From assembly GCA_964483625.1 (NCBI GenBank), contig CAZABB010000001.1:3222-67221 (forward strand): DNA of 64,000 nt, given 5' to 3'. The stretch is from an uncultured Planctomycetia bacterium. GTDB taxonomy: Bacteria > Omnitrophota > Gorgyraeia > Duberdicusellales > 4484-171. Both the position numbers and the translations under genes were made by a program. This document shows, piece after piece, positions 38,573-48,412 of the stretch (the first letter of the stretch is position 1; each line of letters starts with the position of its first letter). The notes under the pieces are model-generated. The model ran no database searches. It had not been told where the DNA came from and saw nothing but the letters and a program-made list of their open reading frames with translations.

Positions 38573-38601
38573 CCCTTCGTCACTGCCGGTTTTATTTGCC
38601 C

Positions 38602-39354
38602 TTATTCGTGATCCCCCTCCTCACGTTTCCTACGAAACCATCCCGGTAACATCAAAGCCTTAAAGTACTCAACATACACTCTGGGAGTCAGTTTCGACGC
38701 TCCCTCATGACGCATATCAATCATATAGGGAATATTTTGTATAGATGTGTGCCGGGGCATTACTTTTAAAAAATCGAAAAGGATTTTGTACCCCCGGGGA
38801 CGAAACAAACGATCCCCTTCGCTTTCAAACACGATCTTTTTCCAGAAAGACGTGCGCACGCCGAAAAAACCGCTGAGCACATCCAGAAAAAACAAACGTT
38901 TATAGTGTGCGCATAAACACATTCTTCCCAAAGCGTTTCCCAGAAGAGAAATCGCTCTGCGCTGCACAGGCCAATACCCCTGAATGGATGTCCGAGAAGC
39001 GATTGTCAATTGCATCCCGCTCTCCAGAGCAGTCACAATCTCTTTTACTTTTTCCGGGGGATGCTGTCTATCAGCGTCCATGACGATAAAATACTTTGTC
39101 GCCACATGCGCGCTGGCAGCTAGTACGCTTGCCGTCAGGCCATGTATTCTCTCCCGTTTCCGGTCGAGAAAAAAAATATTTTCGCAGTCTTTCTGAAAAG
39201 AACGAACAATTGCACCGGTACCATCAACTGAACCATCGTCACTTACCATCAGGCAGATTCCCGGATAATACTGTTTCAATGCTATCATGACCCGGCCGAT
39301 ATTATGTTCTTCGTTTAATGTGGGAAGGATGATTGTGAAATCAGAATGGCCCAT
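38602..39354 (-). CDS. GT2 glycosyltransferase, polyprenyl-phosphate sugar synthase-like (DPM1/ArnC/GtrB-type)
   Basis: FTIILPTLNEEHNI...LMVSDDGSVDGT...IVMDADRQHPP. The short (~250 aa) soluble GT-A form is typical of dolichol/undecaprenyl-phosphate sugar synthases. Confidence 0.75.
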   Translation of the reverse strand: MGHSDFTIILPTLNEEHNIGRVMIALKQYYPGICLMVSDDGSVDGTGAIVRSFQKDCENIFFLDRKRERIHGLTASVLAASAHVATKYFIVMDADRQHPPEKVKEIVTALESGMQLTIASRTSIQGYWPVQRRAISLLGNALGRMCLCAHYKRLFFLDVLSGFFGVRTSFWKKIVFESEGDRLFRPRGYKILFDFLKVMPRHTSIQNIPYMIDMRHEGASKLTPRVYVEYFKALMLPGWFRRKREEGDHE

Positions 39355-39401
39355 AAGAAAGCTGCCCCCTCTGGAAATATTCAAGAAGCGGAATCATCGG
39401 T

Positions 39402-40289
39402 TCAAATCACCCTGTCGGCGATAAGGGATAATGCCCGTGCGTACTTCTGCGTTGTCTTGACAACAACATCCTGAGGTAATTCGGGGGCGGGAGGACTTTT
39501 ATCCCACTTGATATCTTCCAGATAATCCCGGACAAACTGTTTATCAAAACTCATCTGCGTCCGGCCGGGCTCATAGGTATCCTTAGGCCAGAAGCGGGAA
39601 GAATCGGGGGTCAGAATCTCATCAATCAGGATGATCCGGTTATCAACCAGACCGAATTCAAATTTCGTATCGGCGATAATAATCCCTTTTGATTCGGTAT
39701 ACCGGGTTGCTGCGGTATAAAGCTTAAGGCTGATCTCCTTAACGGCATTCAGTATTTCATCACCGACAATGCCGGCGGCGTGCGTTTGCGAAATATTCTC
39801 ATCATGGCCTGATGTCGCTTTGGTCGAAGGAGTGAATATCGCCTCGGGCAGTTTATCGGCTTCTTTGAAGCCGGAGGGGAGTTTGATCCCGCATATCGAC
39901 CGCGTCTTCTTATATTCTTTGAATCCCGATCCGGCCAGATAACCGCGTACAACACATTCGATCGGTAACGGTTGGACTTTCTTTACGATCATGATCCGGT
40001 CGGCAAGAATCTCTTGGTAGGGCAGGTACTCCGCGGGTAAATCATTCACGTTACTGCTTACCAGATGATTTTCAATGATATCTTTGAGGAAATCGAACCA
40101 GAACAGAGAAATCCGGGTAAGGACAACGCCTTTCCCCGGAATCGGAGTAGGCAGTACCACGTCGAAACAGGAAATGCGGTCACTGGCAACAATCAGAAGA
40201 TGATCGCCCAGATCGTAAAGGTCGCGTACTTTTCCCCGCCTCAGGAGAGGGATCTGTTCGAACTCAGTGTGGTAAAGAATTTTTTCCAT
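39402..40289 (-). CDS. purC: phosphoribosylaminoimidazole-succinocarboxamide synthase (SAICAR synthetase)
   Basis: GKVRDLYDLGDHLLIVASDRISCFD signature and the long-form (~295 aa) PurC architecture. Confidence 0.9.
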   Translation of the reverse strand: MEKILYHTEFEQIPLLRRGKVRDLYDLGDHLLIVASDRISCFDVVLPTPIPGKGVVLTRISLFWFDFLKDIIENHLVSSNVNDLPAEYLPYQEILADRIMIVKKVQPLPIECVVRGYLAGSGFKEYKKTRSICGIKLPSGFKEADKLPEAIFTPSTKATSGHDENISQTHAAGIVGDEILNAVKEISLKLYTAATRYTESKGIIIADTKFEFGLVDNRIILIDEILTPDSSRFWPKDTYEPGRTQMSFDKQFVRDYLEDIKWDKSPPAPELPQDVVVKTTQKYARALSLIADRVI

Positions 40290-40304
40290 CGGGGTTTGAG
40301 GATT

Positions 40305-42164
40305 CTAAAACGATTCCGGCGGAATAACATCACCGTATTTTTCTTTTGCCTGCATCAGGCGGTCTTTTTGAGCCGAAAGCGTATCGAATAAGATATCAGG
40401 CACTTCGTTTAATTCCCGATAAATCTGTATGATTCTTTCTATCTTTGCCAGATTCTGCGGCACACGAATGCTGAACTGTTTGGTATATTCATCCTGGGTA
40501 TACTCTTTACTCAATACTTCTTGAAAAAGCTTCTTTATATCCTCATAGCGGGGAATTGCGCCTAACGGAGTCGTGATCCCTTCGGCTTCACCATGGACAC
40601 GCAAATCCATCCACTTGATCCATACGTGTTTATCCATCTTGGAATTCAGGAATTTCCCTCCCCCATCGCGCAGGAAATAATTCACGGTAAATATCTTCGG
40701 GGCCGGGTTCAGTTTTTTTCCGAAATCAAGATGCATCGAAATGTACCGGCCGATAGGGATCGCGAGAAAATCAAGATTGGAAAACGGATTGAATTTCCTC
40801 TGTCCTTCCCCTTTGAGCGTTGCAAAAGTGAGTTCTGATTCCAGAGATGCCCCGCAGGTAATCACCCCATGCGTCCAGTCGAAACTCTCAAGAACCGGCG
40901 GGCAGGTATCGGAATCCCGGCCGCCATAAATAATCCCCGCGACGTTCACGCCCCCGGCGTCATCTAACGCCGGATCACAATTACTGAGTGATTTTAAGGC
41001 TACCGTATACCGGGCATTCTTATGGGCATAGGAAATGTCTTTGCCGGCGGCGTCTTTTTTCCCGGAGTACCACTGGCCGCTGAAATTAACACCTTTCTCC
41101 GGCATCGGTAACCCGTCATTGAGCCACCGGATATCATTGTCGGAAGTAAGTAAGATATTTGATACGATGAGTTCGGGAGCATTTTTGATTGCGTCCCATA
41201 TCAACGGATCACTTTCTTTCGTTACATCCTGAATAATACCGAACATTCCCACCTCGGTATTGACCGCATAGGCTTTTCCATCCCGTAACCGCACATAGGC
41301 GATATCATCACCGATAATTTTCTCATCGGGCAGCATTGCCGTCGAGGTCTTGCCGCATCCGGAAGGGAACGCTCCAGTAAAATACGTCGTCCTCCCTCCC
41401 GGACCGGTTATCCCGGTAACAAACATATGCTCGGCCAGCCAGTCTTCGCCAGCGGCCTTTTTGATGGCAAGACGCAGAGCCAGCTTCTTCAAGCCCACGG
41501 TATTTCCGGCGTACTGAGTATTGGTACTGAAGACCGTGTTTTCAGCCAGATCGATGTAGACCCTTCGTTTATCAATGTTCTTACTTACCGCGTTCTCCAA
41601 TTCGCCGGCCGAGTGGATAAATTTAAAAAAGGCGTTCGGTTTCTGCTTCTTGAATAATTCATAGGCGCGGCGGTACAAAATCATCTCCGAATGCGCGACA
41701 TAGTATGAATCGGTAATCTGAAGAGCGGGAAGGGAAAATTGCGAATCAAGCGGCCCGAGACAGAAAAAACAGATGATCATCTCTTTGTCCTGCATGCTGT
41801 TACGCAAAAATTCCAGGACTTCTGCCTTGCCTTTTTCTTTATCGATACTGTTAATGTGTTTGCTTAAAAATTCGCCCGGTGAGAGCAGATATTTCGTCGC
41901 GGTTTTATCCCGGGCCTGATCGAAATATCCGTCAAAATGGATAGTACGCCCCTCTGCGTCCAGGGTGCGTTCTTCGCCCTTGACAACAGCCTGCCGGCGA
42001 ATATACAGGTTATCTTCGGCCGAATCGGTACAGACAAAAATACTTTTGGGATTACAGAGTGAAACGTAGGTACAAACCACCTCCAGAACGGCGGGGTTAT
42101 CCAACCTTTCCAGCTTGTGAAAACTGTCAGCAATACAAAGGGTTTTGATGGTTTCTATGGTCAT
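40305..42164 (-). CDS. pckG: phosphoenolpyruvate carboxykinase (GTP)
   Basis: Kinase-1a motif AFPSGCGKTSTAM (FPSACGKTN in GTP-PEPCK) followed by IGDDIAYVRL. Length ~620 aa. Confidence 0.9.
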   Translation of the reverse strand: MTIETIKTLCIADSFHKLERLDNPAVLEVVCTYVSLCNPKSIFVCTDSAEDNLYIRRQAVVKGEERTLDAEGRTIHFDGYFDQARDKTATKYLLSPGEFLSKHINSIDKEKGKAEVLEFLRNSMQDKEMIICFFCLGPLDSQFSLPALQITDSYYVAHSEMILYRRAYELFKKQKPNAFFKFIHSAGELENAVSKNIDKRRVYIDLAENTVFSTNTQYAGNTVGLKKLALRLAIKKAAGEDWLAEHMFVTGITGPGGRTTYFTGAFPSGCGKTSTAMLPDEKIIGDDIAYVRLRDGKAYAVNTEVGMFGIIQDVTKESDPLIWDAIKNAPELIVSNILLTSDNDIRWLNDGLPMPEKGVNFSGQWYSGKKDAAGKDISYAHKNARYTVALKSLSNCDPALDDAGGVNVAGIIYGGRDSDTCPPVLESFDWTHGVITCGASLESELTFATLKGEGQRKFNPFSNLDFLAIPIGRYISMHLDFGKKLNPAPKIFTVNYFLRDGGGKFLNSKMDKHVWIKWMDLRVHGEAEGITTPLGAIPRYEDIKKLFQEVLSKEYTQDEYTKQFSIRVPQNLAKIERIIQIYRELNEVPDILFDTLSAQKDRLMQAKEKYGDVIPPESF

Positions 42165-42228
42165 CTCGTGAATTATTATATGGGAAAAAGGTCTGATTGC
42201 AAGAAGAAATTAGAAGTGGGAAGAGAAA

Positions 42229-42312
42229 TGCGAGGGAGGGGATTTGAACCCCTACAGTATCGCTACCGCTAGCCCCTCAAGCTAGTGCGTCTGCCAGTTC
42301 CGCCACCCTCGC
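42229..42312 (-). tRNA. tRNA-Leu (anticodon GAG), class II tRNA with long variable arm
   Basis: The reverse complement GCGAGGGTGGCGGAACTGGCAGACGCACTAGCTTGAGGGGCTAGCGGTAGCGATACTGTAGGGGTTCAAATCCCCTCCCTCGCA folds as a cloverleaf. It has a 7-bp acceptor stem, an anticodon stem CTAGC/GCTAG with loop TTGAGGG (anticodon GAG), a TPsiC arm GGGGTTCAAATCCCC and discriminator A. CCA is not encoded. Confidence 0.85.
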
Positions 42313-42560
42313 GTTACCTTCTCAGGTTACATGCTATTCTTATCAAAAAAACAAAACGTACTATTCTTTGCCTGTCCTATGCGGGAACAACGCTTGAAAA
42401 TATCGCTCTCGCGATCGTTGTTTCCGCCACCCTCGCGTTACCTTCTCAGGTTACATGCTATTCTTATCAAAAAAACAAAACGTACTATTCTTTGCCTGTC
42501 CTATGCGGGAACAACGCTTGAAAATATCGCTCTCGCGATCGTTGTTTCCGCCACCCTCGC
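42313..42560. repeat. perfect tandem direct repeat, 2 x 124 bp, each unit ending with the first 15 nt of the adjacent tRNA-Leu (TTCCGCCACCCTCGC)
   Basis: Units 42313..42436 and 42437..42560 are identical. The 15-mer at 42298..42312 (tRNA 5' end) recurs at 42422..42436 and 42546..42560. Confidence 0.9.
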
Positions 42561-42803
42561 GTGGGAGATAGCGCTGTCGCACTATCTCGTAACGCGTATT
42601 ACGTTATGCGTCCTGCGTAAAAATCTAAAAAGATAAAAATACTCTTTGCCCGGCGCGCAATACGCAATACGTATATTCATGAGACGCCCTCTGTGTCGCT
42701 GTCACTCCTGAAGAATTTCAAAGAAAAAATCTTTCACGTATGTCATGTGACTTTTATTTATACCATAATGTAGTACCGCGGACAAGTATAAGTTATCACG
42801 CAA

Positions 42804-44924
42804 TCATTTTCTCTGTAATTCCTTGATAAGCTGAAAAAACCGTTCTCCCGCCGGTTTTATCGCCCCATCTCCCCGCGTACAAAGCCCCAATTCATCGTCC
42901 CATCGTTCATCTTTATATATATTCCACAGCCTGGCCTGATGTGTCCATTGCCAGGGGATAAATCCTACGGCATCAGTGTCTAAAAATGATTGGAAATCTT
43001 TTTCCAGTTCCTTTGCTTGACGAACATCTTCCCGATAGCCGCAGCTGGCAGGATTCCAGACTTCCTGAAAGATATACGGCTTAGCGAGCTCCGGTGGTTT
43101 CTGAAAATCACCGGGGGAATCCGTATGAACGCAGACATAGTCAAGAATATCGGCAACATCTATACTTATATTGCCGCCGATGGTGATCGGATGCATGTCT
43201 CCGCTTTTTCTGAACTCATCTACCATACCTTGAGCCCAGTCCTTTAAAGAGGAAATATCCGCATCATCAAGACGTGGTTCATTCCATAAATCCCAGGTAA
43301 TTCCGGGCACACCTTTATATCGGTCGGCAATCAATCGTATAAATTGTTTCTGATATTCAATCTTATCCTGATCAAGCATCCGCTCACGTAACCCCAGCCA
43401 TCCGATGGGATCACCCATCTCCTGCGGCACCAGGGAAAAAAGATCAATACAGAAAATAAGTCTATACTTTTGCGCCAATTGAATAACAGCATCAAGAATC
43501 CGGAGCGAACGTTCCGAAGGTAAAACCGTCGTATCGGCATCGGCAAGATAGGCCGGAAGCTCCTCTTTGATGCGTGAGAAATAGTCACGAAACCATTTGG
43601 AATGATGATAATGAATACGGACATAATTCATCCCCCTCCGATGCATCATCGCAAAATCTTTTTGTATCTGTGAAACATCCGGCATCACCCACATCAATTC
43701 ACCCCGGCGGCTTTCATAGTAATTGACACCTAAGAAATAGGCATCTTCTCCGTCGATCATAATACCCGTATCGCCGACTTCTACCACCGGTCCATCGGAA
43801 AGAACCGCCTCATCAATAACGACAAACCCATTCTGCTGGCAATCATACACTCGATCCTGGTATTTCAGGCGGACTTCGACCCGGTAGAAATCGTCAGCGA
43901 AAGAGTCTGGCTTCCATTGTGTCCTTACTGATATTCCTTCCCTGGTATCAACTACCACAGGAATTATTTTACTCCAGGTAATCCGCTTTTTCTCATCAAT
44001 AATTTCTATTTCGATATCAGCCTCTCTTTTTGTTTCTGCCTGATTGAGTATCACGAAAGATATCTTTACTTCCTCACCCTGCCGGTACGCGGCAAAATTT
44101 GTCCTTACATCATGCAGAATAAGCGGAAAAGAAAGCCGGTCAATAAGTCGTGACATGTATCCGGTTGACGATGGGGCAGAAAGAAAAGGATGCTCATATC
44201 CTGTGGCGCCGATCAGACACCATTTCTTTGCCCGCCGGGAATTTATATTACCGTAAGGATTCTGCCAGGTTTTCACAAACGTAACCGCATCATCTGCTGG
44301 ATTATCAGTTAAAATAGAAAATGGATAGAAATCTCTCGCCGGTATACGGTAAGGGAACACATTCCCGTGAGTCGGCGTTACGGGACTGTATTTGAGACTT
44401 GTCGTTACATTGAGAATAACATCATCGGAAGCCTCCGGCTGGTAATATGTTATTCCCAGAGGAATAAGAAAATCCTCATAGGGATCACCGGTTTCAACTT
44501 TCTCCCAATGATCCCGGTTTCTGACGACCGGCTGCCAGAAGGGCCGGCCGCCGGTGTGAATCAACCCGCCACCGGCATACAGATAGCGGCAGATAGCATC
44601 AAATCCTTCAAGAGGAAATGTCTCTCCGTAGGGCAGCAAAAAGAAGTCAAATCTCTCTGTGTTAAAATATTTTTCATCCACTAACCGGGCGAAATTCACG
44701 TATTCGACCAAGCAGTGTTTGTCAAATAATCCATAGAGATACTGCGGACTCAAAGAAGGAGGTATCGCTTGAGACGGGAACCCTTCTTCTTTGAATATCG
44801 CAATGCGGATATCCCGCACGGCCGAAACTTTCTCTGCCTCCTGACGCGAAAAATGACAGCCGGCGAGAAAAATACCGACTGCGATCAGAAAACCTGTTGT
44901 GACTTTAAAAAAGTACCTGTCCAT
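42804..44924 (-). CDS. secreted lipoprotein with C-terminal clan GH-A (GH5-like) TIM-barrel glycoside hydrolase domain
   Basis: Lipobox FLAGC after the signal peptide (start trimmed to MDRYFFKVTTGFLIAVGIFLAGC at 44924; the longest ORF runs to 44975). C-terminal motifs GVNYYES..MNYVRIH and WDLWNEPR (acid/base NEP) are typical of GH5-like enzymes. Confidence 0.6.
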   Translation of the reverse strand: MDRYFFKVTTGFLIAVGIFLAGCHFSRQEAEKVSAVRDIRIAIFKEEGFPSQAIPPSLSPQYLYGLFDKHCLVEYVNFARLVDEKYFNTERFDFFLLPYGETFPLEGFDAICRYLYAGGGLIHTGGRPFWQPVVRNRDHWEKVETGDPYEDFLIPLGITYYQPEASDDVILNVTTSLKYSPVTPTHGNVFPYRIPARDFYPFSILTDNPADDAVTFVKTWQNPYGNINSRRAKKWCLIGATGYEHPFLSAPSSTGYMSRLIDRLSFPLILHDVRTNFAAYRQGEEVKISFVILNQAETKREADIEIEIIDEKKRITWSKIIPVVVDTREGISVRTQWKPDSFADDFYRVEVRLKYQDRVYDCQQNGFVVIDEAVLSDGPVVEVGDTGIMIDGEDAYFLGVNYYESRRGELMWVMPDVSQIQKDFAMMHRRGMNYVRIHYHHSKWFRDYFSRIKEELPAYLADADTTVLPSERSLRILDAVIQLAQKYRLIFCIDLFSLVPQEMGDPIGWLGLRERMLDQDKIEYQKQFIRLIADRYKGVPGITWDLWNEPRLDDADISSLKDWAQGMVDEFRKSGDMHPITIGGNISIDVADILDYVCVHTDSPGDFQKPPELAKPYIFQEVWNPASCGYREDVRQAKELEKDFQSFLDTDAVGFIPWQWTHQARLWNIYKDERWDDELGLCTRGDGAIKPAGERFFQLIKELQRK

Positions 44925-45001
44925 GAGCGTTGAAAGTATCTTAACATCGTTACCGCCGATAATCAACGGGCTCAAACCGCCAGTCTTGACGAAGAGGAAA
45001 A

Positions 45002-45970
45002 ATGAATGTATTCTTTAGGTACCATATGGAAAACCACCCGGCCAAACAAAAAATCGCGACCGTACAGATCGATGTTGACGGAGAATGGGTTATTTTTCAG
45101 CACTTTGGCTATGATGTCCATAATCCGGTAGACCGGATGTATGAATCATCCCTGCCGCGATTTCTTGATCTGTTCGACCAATACGGCATTAAAGCGACAT
45201 TGTTTGTGGTTGGCAGAGATTTGAAAATCCAACGCCGGGTACACCTTTTGAAAGAGGCCGTCGCCAGAGGACATGAGATTGCTAATCATACCATGAACCA
45301 TGCCGAAGGATTCTCCTGTCTGCCTCTTTCGAAAAAAAAAGCTGAAATATACGAGGCCGATACGATCATAAAAGATACCCTCGGTATCGCCCCCAAAGGA
45401 TTTCGCGCCCCTTCCAACGATGTGGATACCGAAACCCTGGGCATACTCCAGGATTTCGGCTATCAATACGATTCGTCCCTGATGGCAACCTACTGGGGTC
45501 CCTTGATACGATGGGTAAAATTTTTCTCACTGCGCACCGGTCGTAAAGACCATTATTTAGGAAGATTCTTTCATGGACGCGCGCCGCTTTTTCCCTACCA
45601 TCCCGATCCCGACTGCATCTTCAAGAAAGGCTCGATGGATATCATCGAGGTGCCGATTACAACCATGCCGTTTTTCCGCATCCCCTTCCATGTCAGTTTC
45701 ACCTTTGCCACCTACGCTTTGGGATTGGGATTAGCTCTGTTTAACACCGGCTACTCACTGCTGAAGCACACGTCTCTTCCGCTCAATCTGATATTTCACA
45801 CCAATGAGCTTGCCGATCCGTTCTCTGACAAACGGATCAGAAGACAATTGGGCCTGAACTTGCCGCTTAAAACCAAAGAAATGATCTGCCGCCATATTTT
45901 AGACCACATAACGAAAGATTTTATACTCCTGCCTACACGTGAATACGCCACCTCCCTTGACGTTCAATAG
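45002..45970 (+). CDS. polysaccharide deacetylase-family protein (CE4 / NodB-homology)
   Basis: Motif 1 variant QIDVDG, then KATLFVVGRD, motif 2 HEIANHTMNH and an RAPS motif. Confidence 0.7.
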   Translation: MNVFFRYHMENHPAKQKIATVQIDVDGEWVIFQHFGYDVHNPVDRMYESSLPRFLDLFDQYGIKATLFVVGRDLKIQRRVHLLKEAVARGHEIANHTMNHAEGFSCLPLSKKKAEIYEADTIIKDTLGIAPKGFRAPSNDVDTETLGILQDFGYQYDSSLMATYWGPLIRWVKFFSLRTGRKDHYLGRFFHGRAPLFPYHPDPDCIFKKGSMDIIEVPITTMPFFRIPFHVSFTFATYALGLGLALFNTGYSLLKHTSLPLNLIFHTNELADPFSDKRIRRQLGLNLPLKTKEMICRHILDHITKDFILLPTREYATSLDVQ

Positions 45971-45993
45971 GCGTATGATAGAATCAGTTTACC

Positions 45994-46701
45994 ATGCAAG
46001 ACAAAGAGGTTTCCCTTATGTTTTCCGGCGGTGTCGATTCAACGATCACCGCGATCACTCTTGCCGAACAATACCGTCACGTGCATCTTCTTACCTACGG
46101 GAATGCTCACGGCCATTACCATATGGAACGAAGCGCGAAAAGAGCAGAGGAACTGAATGCGAAATTCGGCAATAAGTTCACTCACCGGCTTATTCCTATC
46201 GAAGACCTTTTCCGGCAAATGGTATTAGATACCCTCGAAGAAGATTATAAAAAATACGGTTCGGGTTTCATCTGGTGTCTGGGATGTAAAATGACCATGC
46301 ATACCCGCAGTATTATGTATGACCTTACATATGGCATACAACATGCCTGCGACGGCTCGTCTCAGGATACCGATGAGATGGTCGAACAGATGGTCGTAAG
46401 CATTACGCTTATAAAACAGTTTTATGAAAAAAACGGCATCGATTTTTCCGTCCCCACCTACACACAGCCCCGCAGTGAGAAGAGAAAGATGCTTAAAGAA
46501 CTGAAATTCAACATGGGCATCCCGGTGGGTGATCGGTATATAGGTATCCAGCCCCGCTGCATTCCCGGAGAACTGTATTATCTACCCTACCTTATTTTTA
46601 ACAAAGCCCTGGGACACGATCGGAATAAAGTCATACAATTTATCGAAGAAAAACAGCAGATCGCCGAAAGGTATCTCAAGGAACATCTTAATCATGGGTA
46701 A
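45994..46701 (+). CDS. PP-loop ATPase (adenine nucleotide alpha-hydrolase superfamily; QueC/ExsB-like)
   Basis: SLMFSGGVDST PP-loop at the N-terminus, a CxxC pair (WCLGCK) and ~235 aa length. The exact subfamily is uncertain. Confidence 0.5.
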   Translation: MQDKEVSLMFSGGVDSTITAITLAEQYRHVHLLTYGNAHGHYHMERSAKRAEELNAKFGNKFTHRLIPIEDLFRQMVLDTLEEDYKKYGSGFIWCLGCKMTMHTRSIMYDLTYGIQHACDGSSQDTDEMVEQMVVSITLIKQFYEKNGIDFSVPTYTQPRSEKRKMLKELKFNMGIPVGDRYIGIQPRCIPGELYYLPYLIFNKALGHDRNKVIQFIEEKQQIAERYLKEHLNHG

Positions 46702-48412
46702 ATGTTGCGACGGTAAAAACGCGTATAAACCGATATCGAAACTGCGTTACTGGGCCGGGATGCTATTTTTCTGCGTTCTTCATCTGCATTTCAGATGTAA
46801 AATGTTCCTGCGACATCTTCTGGTAAAGAAATACACTCATTATCCTGAACTTTCCCGGTTCCATGCGCGTTATTTCAAAGAAACCCTGCAGAGCGTCCTG
46901 AAAAAAGAAGGGCTCAACGTAAACACGTCGCTTTCATTCATGAAGGTATTATGGAAGGCATTCGTTGCGATTGTTTTCTGCGTCATATTCACTCTCTCCC
47001 TTTTTTATTTCAACGGGCCGGCAAAGGGATACTGGGATACCTACATTACCCTGCCGGCAATGTTTATGGCCGATGAGCCGGCTCAATTGACGACGAAAGA
47101 AGGAGAAATCCTCTATGAATACACGTTACCGGGTACCTTACCCGATAATTTAGTGGACAAAGAGACGTACGGGATCATCTCCAAAGACCAGCGTCTGGGG
47201 ACGGCGATCCTTTTTGCTCCGTGGTTTTCCCTTTTTCACCAATTCGGTTTTCGCCTGCTTTTTGCGATGATTGCCACGCTGACCGCCGGGCTTGTATTCC
47301 TTACCCAGAAGGAGGTCGGTTCCCGAAAATCGATAGCGCTGTTCATCGGTGCATCTTCTGTTCTCAATGCCTATGTCTTGTCTATCGAGACGCTCAATCC
47401 CAATATTGCCGGAATGCTTCTCATATCCCTGCTTCTTTACCTTATGGTAAGAAAAGATCCGCCCTGGTTTCTCGCGGGACTGCTGTACGGCGTTTTGGGA
47501 GGCACCCGCAATATTGCCATTCTCTTTACTCCGGCACTTTTGTTTGCGCTCATCGCGTGGTCGCCGCACAAGAAAAAAGACGGCCTGTTTTTCTTTCTGG
47601 GATCTCTTCTTGCTATCGCCCCCATACTTTACTGGAATCATTTTGCCTTCGGCAATCCATTGATACATCCTTCTCAATTTGCCGGGCTGGAAGGATTCCG
47701 TCCTACGTTTGAACACACGTTTCTTTTCTGGAAATTCGACTTTAACGGTATGTTTAATTTTCCTCTTTATCACGAAATTGTCCGGACTCCCTATTTTGCG
47801 TTCCCCACGTTCTTAACTCTTCCCCTTACCATCCTCAGCACGTTCGGCGTCATTCTTTCTGCCCTTATCGGCACCGGCATCATCTCTCTTTGGCGGAATC
47901 AACGACGACAATGCGTCTTCCTTCTCCTCTGGCTGATACCGATATATGCGATGCTGTCGATCCAGGAAAACTGGAGCGATATGAAGATGACGTTTCTTTT
48001 CCTGTGTTTCCCCTCCCTGCTCATTTTCATGGGATACGGCCTGGAGAGCTTATTCGTTACAAAGGACCTGAAAAGGAATATTTTTTCAACCATCACGTTG
48101 AGCATCATTCTTTTTTGCCTCGTCCGCGCGGCTTTTGCGCTTGAATGTCCCGTGGACGAGCGGTGGTACGTCCGTTTCCCCCGCGCGCGCGGTCAAGGAG
48201 ACATTTGCTATATTGGCGATGATCTGAGGACGGAAAAAGAAGATCCGCAAGAACTTCATGAACAAAAGAAGAGGTTAACGCAAGGGAATCTGCTTCCCCG
48301 AATATCTATTCCTGATATTGATCCGGAAGGAACAGGAGCGGTTATGCACCGGGAGATGCGACAAAGAAGAATAAGGGTCGTAGATTTCTGGAAATATATT
48401 TACGAAGAATAA
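46694..48412 (+). CDS. polytopic membrane protein, putative GT-C-like glycosyltransferase (paralog of 55890..58121)
   Basis: About 12-14 TM helices. Conserved blocks are shared with the protein at 55890..58121 (NAYVLSIETLNPNIAGMLL vs NPYVLSIEVLDRNVINLAL; GLLYGVLGGTRNIAILFTPALLF vs GLMFGIMAGTGLRFLSLLCLIPVLF). Confidence 0.55.
   Translation: MGKCCDGKNAYKPISKLRYWAGMLFFCVLHLHFRCKMFLRHLLVKKYTHYPELSRFHARYFKETLQSVLKKEGLNVNTSLSFMKVLWKAFVAIVFCVIFTLSLFYFNGPAKGYWDTYITLPAMFMADEPAQLTTKEGEILYEYTLPGTLPDNLVDKETYGIISKDQRLGTAILFAPWFSLFHQFGFRLLFAMIATLTAGLVFLTQKEVGSRKSIALFIGASSVLNAYVLSIETLNPNIAGMLLISLLLYLMVRKDPPWFLAGLLYGVLGGTRNIAILFTPALLFALIAWSPHKKKDGLFFFLGSLLAIAPILYWNHFAFGNPLIHPSQFAGLEGFRPTFEHTFLFWKFDFNGMFNFPLYHEIVRTPYFAFPTFLTLPLTILSTFGVILSALIGTGIISLWRNQRRQCVFLLLWLIPIYAMLSIQENWSDMKMTFLFLCFPSLLIFMGYGLESLFVTKDLKRNIFSTITLSIILFCLVRAAFALECPVDERWYVRFPRARGQGDICYIGDDLRTEKEDPQELHEQKKRLTQGNLLPRISIPDIDPEGTGAVMHREMRQRRIRVVDFWKYIYEE

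Noticed and set aside
42313-42560. CRISPR array
   Set aside because: There are only two units, each 124 bp and perfectly identical, with no unique spacers. There are no cas genes. The units share sequence with the adjacent tRNA.
42285-42636. ORFs of 78 and 101 aa spanning the tandem repeat
   Set aside because: They are generated by the repeat itself (the same peptide LLRLHAILIKKTKRTILCLSYAGTTLENIALAIVVSATLA occurs twice). They have no RBS or coding signal and overlap the tRNA.
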